Source of the DNA: Candidatus Latescibacterota bacterium
GTDB lineage: Bacteria; Latescibacterota; UBA2968; UBA8231
DNA length: 64,000 bases
Assembly: GCA_965197905.1 (NCBI GenBank)
Contig: CBDAOB010000002.1
Location: 160,001-224,000, forward strand
Reading direction: 5' to 3'
Of the stretch, positions 59,819-64,000 are shown piece by piece. Position 1 is the first letter of the stretch; every line of letters begins with the position of its first letter. A model generated the notes under the pieces. The model saw only the letters and a list, made by a program, of their open reading frames with translations. It had not been told where the DNA came from and searched no databases. The translations under genes and the position numbers were made by a program.

Positions 59819-59971
59819 GTAGCTGCGGTGGAACGGTTCAAGCGCGGTGCTACCTTTGCGACCATCGATCTTTCAGCGGCTTACAATATGACGCTCGAAA
59901 ACATACATGCAAGAGGTTACCCGGTTGGGCTTCGCGCGCCAGCTGTGAGTGATGGCGGTTACCGAGCGTCA

Positions 59972-61318
59972 ATGCTGACGGTCGGGAAGAAGCTCTCGAG
60001 GAGCTTCATTCCCTTCTTGCTCGGCCCGGTCTACTTGGCTTGTAGTCCAACTCTCGAAGACAGCATCGAGAAATTGAGCGGCGGTCCCGATGAACGAGAA
60101 AGCGCCAAACACGAACTGCTGCTGGCCAAGGAGCAGGCTGTTGGGCCACTGCTCGAGGCGTTCGAGAATCCTCAGTACCGGGAGAGCCGACCAGACCTCG
60201 TAGACGTACTGGTCAGCCTCTACTTGCGCGTGGAGAAAAAGCAGATTGCCAATGTGCTGCGGCAGCACCTGCTCGACGATCCCGATCCGCGGGTGCGTGG
60301 GCGCATCGCCTACAAGCTGGGCATGAACATGAAGCTGGAATACGCCGACAGTTTCATCTCGGCCCTGGAGGACTCCAGCTCCGAGGTGCGGCAGCATGCA
60401 CTGGCCGCTCTCGGTAATGTTTTTGGCAAGCTAGAGGACCCGCAACACGAGATCTTACGCCCGGCGGCTATGCGAAACCTGGCTGACCCGATCGAAAGGG
60501 TGAGCGATGCTGCCCTGTTCCTGGTGGAGGAATACATCGGACGCTGGGCCGAGGAAGCGCGCCAACAGGCGCTCAAGGCGAACGTGAATGAGGCCGACTC
60601 CATTCTGGCTCGGGCGCTGGTGTATGCTCCGGAAAGCAAACAGCTCCACTATTACCGTGGTGTATTCTATTTCGAGAATGGCCAGCGAGAGCGCGGCCTG
60701 CAAATTCTGCGCGAGAACCAGCTGCTGTTCGACGTTCCAGCTTTCGATCGAGCACCTGTGATCGACGGACGCCTGGAGGAGAGTGTCTGGAAGGGGGCTG
60801 CCGTGATCGACACCTTCTACAGATGGGGACGTTCCCGCACCAACATGCTTCCCCAGGCGCGGACACGAGCGCATCTCGGATATACGGCAGAGGCGTTCTT
60901 CATGGGAATTCACTGCTTCGATGCCCATCCTGAAAGCCTCGTGGTGGCGCGGCTGGAGGACACCAACTACGGAAATCAGCTTCAAGATCTCATCGAGTTC
61001 TTTTTCGACCGCAACCTCGACAAGCGAACCTTGAGTGGGTTCAAGATCAATACCGTGGCAGATATCAGAGATGGCTGGCAAGAAGAAACGCGCGACTTGT
61101 CGTGGAACGCGGAAAAGGAAGTAGCCACCTTTGTCGGAGCGGACTACTGGTCTCTCGAATTCAAGCTGAAGTGGGATCCAACATATCATCCACCTCCCAC
61201 CAGGGGAGATATATCGGGATTCAATATCCAACGCTGCTTTCGCGGCAAGGAGTACAGCCAGGCCTTTCGAGACTACGACGAGCACAACGACACGCCGGGA
61301 TATCTCACGTTCAAGTAA
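59972..61318 (+). CDS. Putative lipoprotein with HEAT repeats, TPR-like segment and CBM9-like C-terminal domain
   Basis: Lipobox-like YLAC, DPDPRVR/DSSSEVRQHA repeats, APVIDGRLEE..W, WSLEF. Confidence 0.7.
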   Translation: MLTVGKKLSRSFIPFLLGPVYLACSPTLEDSIEKLSGGPDERESAKHELLLAKEQAVGPLLEAFENPQYRESRPDLVDVLVSLYLRVEKKQIANVLRQHLLDDPDPRVRGRIAYKLGMNMKLEYADSFISALEDSSSEVRQHALAALGNVFGKLEDPQHEILRPAAMRNLADPIERVSDAALFLVEEYIGRWAEEARQQALKANVNEADSILARALVYAPESKQLHYYRGVFYFENGQRERGLQILRENQLLFDVPAFDRAPVIDGRLEESVWKGAAVIDTFYRWGRSRTNMLPQARTRAHLGYTAEAFFMGIHCFDAHPESLVVARLEDTNYGNQLQDLIEFFFDRNLDKRTLSGFKINTVADIRDGWQEETRDLSWNAEKEVATFVGADYWSLEFKLKWDPTYHPPPTRGDISGFNIQRCFRGKEYSQAFRDYDEHNDTPGYLTFK

Positions 61319-61330
61319 TCTGAGGTTACC

Positions 61331-62797
61331 ATGAAAGCTGCCCTCGCCCAGTTCATTTTCGAAACCAACACCTTCGCTCCCTCCGATGCGGAGATCGACG
61401 TCTTCAAGGAGGGCGGGGTCTGGTGCAATACCGAAAGTGGCACGCGAGAGTGGGCGGCTGGAACCAATTCGCAGTTGCAGGGAAGTCTCGAGGTCCTGGA
61501 AGCTGCCGGATGGGAAACCGCCCCTTGCTTTGCGGCCGTTTGCCGTTCGCCCGCCGGGCGCCTCACGATGCGCTGCTTCACCGAGATACGCGAAACCCTA
61601 CTTGTCTGCCTCCGGGCGGCTGCCCCGTTCGATGTGCTGATATTACACCTGCACGGGGCGGCCTGCGCCGTCGGTGAAGACGACACCGAAGGCCACATCC
61701 TGGAGAAGGTGCGTACCGATCTCGGTTTCAAGGGTCTGGTGGTACTGTCGCTCGATCTGCACGCCAACTTCACCCGCCGCATGCTCGAGCATGCCGACGC
61801 GGTTACCGCTTACCACACGTTTCCCCACATGGATTTCAGCGAGACTGGGGAACGGGCGGCAAGGCTGGCACTTCGAGGCGGTACATACACACGCGCGGCG
61901 GCCAAGATCGCTGCCCTCGTCCCGCCCACCGACAGCACTCATTTCGAAGGCCACTTGGCCGATATCTTGGCTCGAGCTCGCGAACTCGAACAGCTGGAAG
62001 AGGTGGTCGACGTTTGCATCCTTCCTGTCCAACCGTGGATGGACATCGAGGAGATGGGATCATCCGTTGTGGTCACCGCGTCCGGTGCGGGGGCGCCGCT
62101 ACCGGAACTCGAGAGATTGGCCAACCAATGGTTCGATCAACGGCACGACTGGGATACGCGCCTCAAGGACTGGCCGACAATCATCGAAACCCTCAAACGC
62201 GGGGACGATCGCCCTCGCGTACTGGTGGATGCGGCGGATGGGACCTCCGGCGGTTCCCCCGGGACTAGCGTTTGGGCGCTGCGGCAACTGCTTCCGGTCA
62301 AGGATGAGCTTCCGGGGAAGGTGTTGCTGTGGGTCGTGTGTCCGGCAACCGTGGAAGCGGCCGCCGAAGGGGCGACTCGATTTGTCACCGGAGATCCATC
62401 GGTTGAGTGGGAAGGGACGGTGTTGTGGACAGGCGAGGGAAATTATCGCGCCCGGGGCAAGGCGTATACGGGGCTCAGCTTCTCGATGGGGAAGGCGGCG
62501 GTGATCGAATCGGGACAGCTGCAATTGGTGGCCTGCACGCTTCCGGCGTTGACGCCTGATCCGGCCTTCTACGAGTGTGTCGGGTTGCGGCCGAATGACG
62601 CGCTCGCTATACAGGCCAAGAGCATGACCGGTTGGATGGCAGGTTTCGAGATGGAATGGGACCGTGGTTTGCCTTTTGACGGCCCCGGCGCCTGCTCGCT
62701 CAATTTCGCCAAGATGCCATTTCGAGGCACTGCAAAGGAGCTCTTCCCAATGAATCAGGAGCCGAAGAATCCGATAGAGACCTGGACACTGGATTGA
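61331..62797 (+). CDS. M81 family metallopeptidase (MlrC-like)
   Basis: ETNTF, LHLHGA, LDLHAN, YHTFPHMD. Confidence 0.85.
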   Translation: MKAALAQFIFETNTFAPSDAEIDVFKEGGVWCNTESGTREWAAGTNSQLQGSLEVLEAAGWETAPCFAAVCRSPAGRLTMRCFTEIRETLLVCLRAAAPFDVLILHLHGAACAVGEDDTEGHILEKVRTDLGFKGLVVLSLDLHANFTRRMLEHADAVTAYHTFPHMDFSETGERAARLALRGGTYTRAAAKIAALVPPTDSTHFEGHLADILARARELEQLEEVVDVCILPVQPWMDIEEMGSSVVVTASGAGAPLPELERLANQWFDQRHDWDTRLKDWPTIIETLKRGDDRPRVLVDAADGTSGGSPGTSVWALRQLLPVKDELPGKVLLWVVCPATVEAAAEGATRFVTGDPSVEWEGTVLWTGEGNYRARGKAYTGLSFSMGKAAVIESGQLQLVACTLPALTPDPAFYECVGLRPNDALAIQAKSMTGWMAGFEMEWDRGLPFDGPGACSLNFAKMPFRGTAKELFPMNQEPKNPIETWTLD

Positions 62798-62820
62798 TCC
62801 TCCTTGGCACCACCTGGCTT

Positions 62821-64000
62821 CTAGCTGCGAGCTACCTCTTCCAACAGCGACAGCGTCTCCCCGACGATGATGCCGGCGGCATCGGGACTGAACGGCGTGA
62901 CTTCCACCTCGTACCCGCCCAAGGGGTAGGGCTTCGGCCACTGGAATATACGCCCAGCCCACGTTGGAGTAGCCTGAAAACAGGGTGTGCTCGATCGGCG
63001 ATTGCTTTTTGATCTGCAAGCCGATCTCGACAAACGGCTCACCAGGAATCGCGGCCAGCGCGATCTTCGCACCGATCGCAAAGACCTGGGCTTCGAAGGT
63101 GCGATGGGTCTGTCCCCGCAGCTCCCGCGCCATGTCCGCCCGCATCTTAACTCGTTTGGCTTGCATGGTTGCCTGAATCAGCGCCTCGTCGCCGGCCGCA
63201 GCTTTCCGCAGCTCGTCCAGCCGTTTGACATGTGCGGCCAGATCGGCCTCAAGCGGTTCGTGGTCGGGCAGCTCTTTGATGGGAAGCTGCATGGACCTCG
63301 CGCCAACACGTATTCCAACGTCATCTTCCTCGATCGACTCTTCTTCGTAGACAGCCAGCGGTGCGCCTGATTCCAGGGTGGTGATGTAGCGCTCCTTTCG
63401 CGGCGGGACCTCGAGCTCCCACCAGACCCGGCTCGCTTCATGCCCGAGGATGGCACCCAGTCGCTCGTACTCATCCAACCCATGACGAGCAACGCCACGG
63501 ATGGGGCCGACGTCCCCGGCGGCACCCTGCAGAAACAGACACGTCGCTCCCGTCGCCTCTTCCACAACCCGCTTGGCAACACCCGGGTAATCGGGGGTAA
63601 TCAGATCGCAGTCCGGTCCCACTGTGATAGGGTGGCAGGCGTAGTTGACAATGGCAGCCAGCGGCTGACCGGACAGATCATCTATGCGAACGAGTCGTAC
63701 TTCGGGATCGGTGGGGCCATCCCCATTGCGTCCCACGACGATGACACCATCCTCCGGACGTCGAAAGCGACGGTTGATGCTTATGTGGCAGGAGCCGCTG
63801 CCAGCAGCAACCCGAGCCGGGGCCAGATTCTGCATGGCCTCTCGGGCAACACCTGCAATGCGGTGGGGTAGACTCCGGTCATATGATTCGACCATCTCTG
63901 CCCCTTCGGTAAACCAGGAAGACCAGCCGTTGCCAGTGACCGGTCCGGAGTGGGTGTGGGTGTAACTCAGCCGGATGTGGGATTGCGTCAGATCGGTCAG
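62821..64000 (-). pseudogene. Neutral/alkaline ceramidase-like hydrolase, 5'-partial, with +1 frameshift near 62930
   Basis: THTHSGP, NYACHP, PDYPG, FLQGAAGD, IPGEPF; natural end YPLGGYEV...EEVARS* lies in another frame after GCCCTAC. Confidence 0.75.

Noticed and set aside
59534..59971. N-terminal extension of the HEAT-repeat ORF
   Set aside because: Overlaps the opposite-strand gene; lipoprotein-like signal starts at 59972.
62099..62820. C-terminal extension of the 598-aa ORF
   Set aside because: Product of the frameshift at ~62930; antisense to the well-supported M81 peptidase.

Overview
A GC-rich bacterial accessory/catabolic region with about 48 genes. No rRNA, tRNA, CRISPR array, integrase or transposase was recognised. 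It is dominated by expanded paralog families: 7 intact PhyH-like Fe(II)/2-oxoglutarate dioxygenases, 5 Gfo/Idh/MocA oxidoreductases (1 partial), 2 sulfatases and 4 related ~500-aa Asp-box beta-propeller proteins. It also carries GH32, GH63-like and sialidase-like hydrolases, a Na+/solute symporter, IorAB, class I fumarase, AsnB, a LarA-like protein and secreted FG-GAP/FlgD-tail proteins. This gene mix suggests Ca. Latescibacterota or a similar lineage (inference only). The most notable non-obvious structure is as follows. (1) Several 'intergenic' stretches are collapsed genes, with N- and C-terminal blocks joined after large internal deletions; the best example keeps 5 collinear blocks of a ~3 kb gene in ~315 bp, and some otherwise intact genes have in-frame deletions. 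(2) A diverged ~520-bp direct repeat brackets the FG-GAP gene; each copy carries an antisense small coiled-coil/TM gene with variable repeat content. (3) A shared 28-bp motif lies upstream of up to 7 operons. (4) One PhyH paralog has an HxA halogenase-type motif. (5) A 160-bp hairpin MITE sits at the iorB stop. (6) Two genes are broken by a single stop or frameshift.
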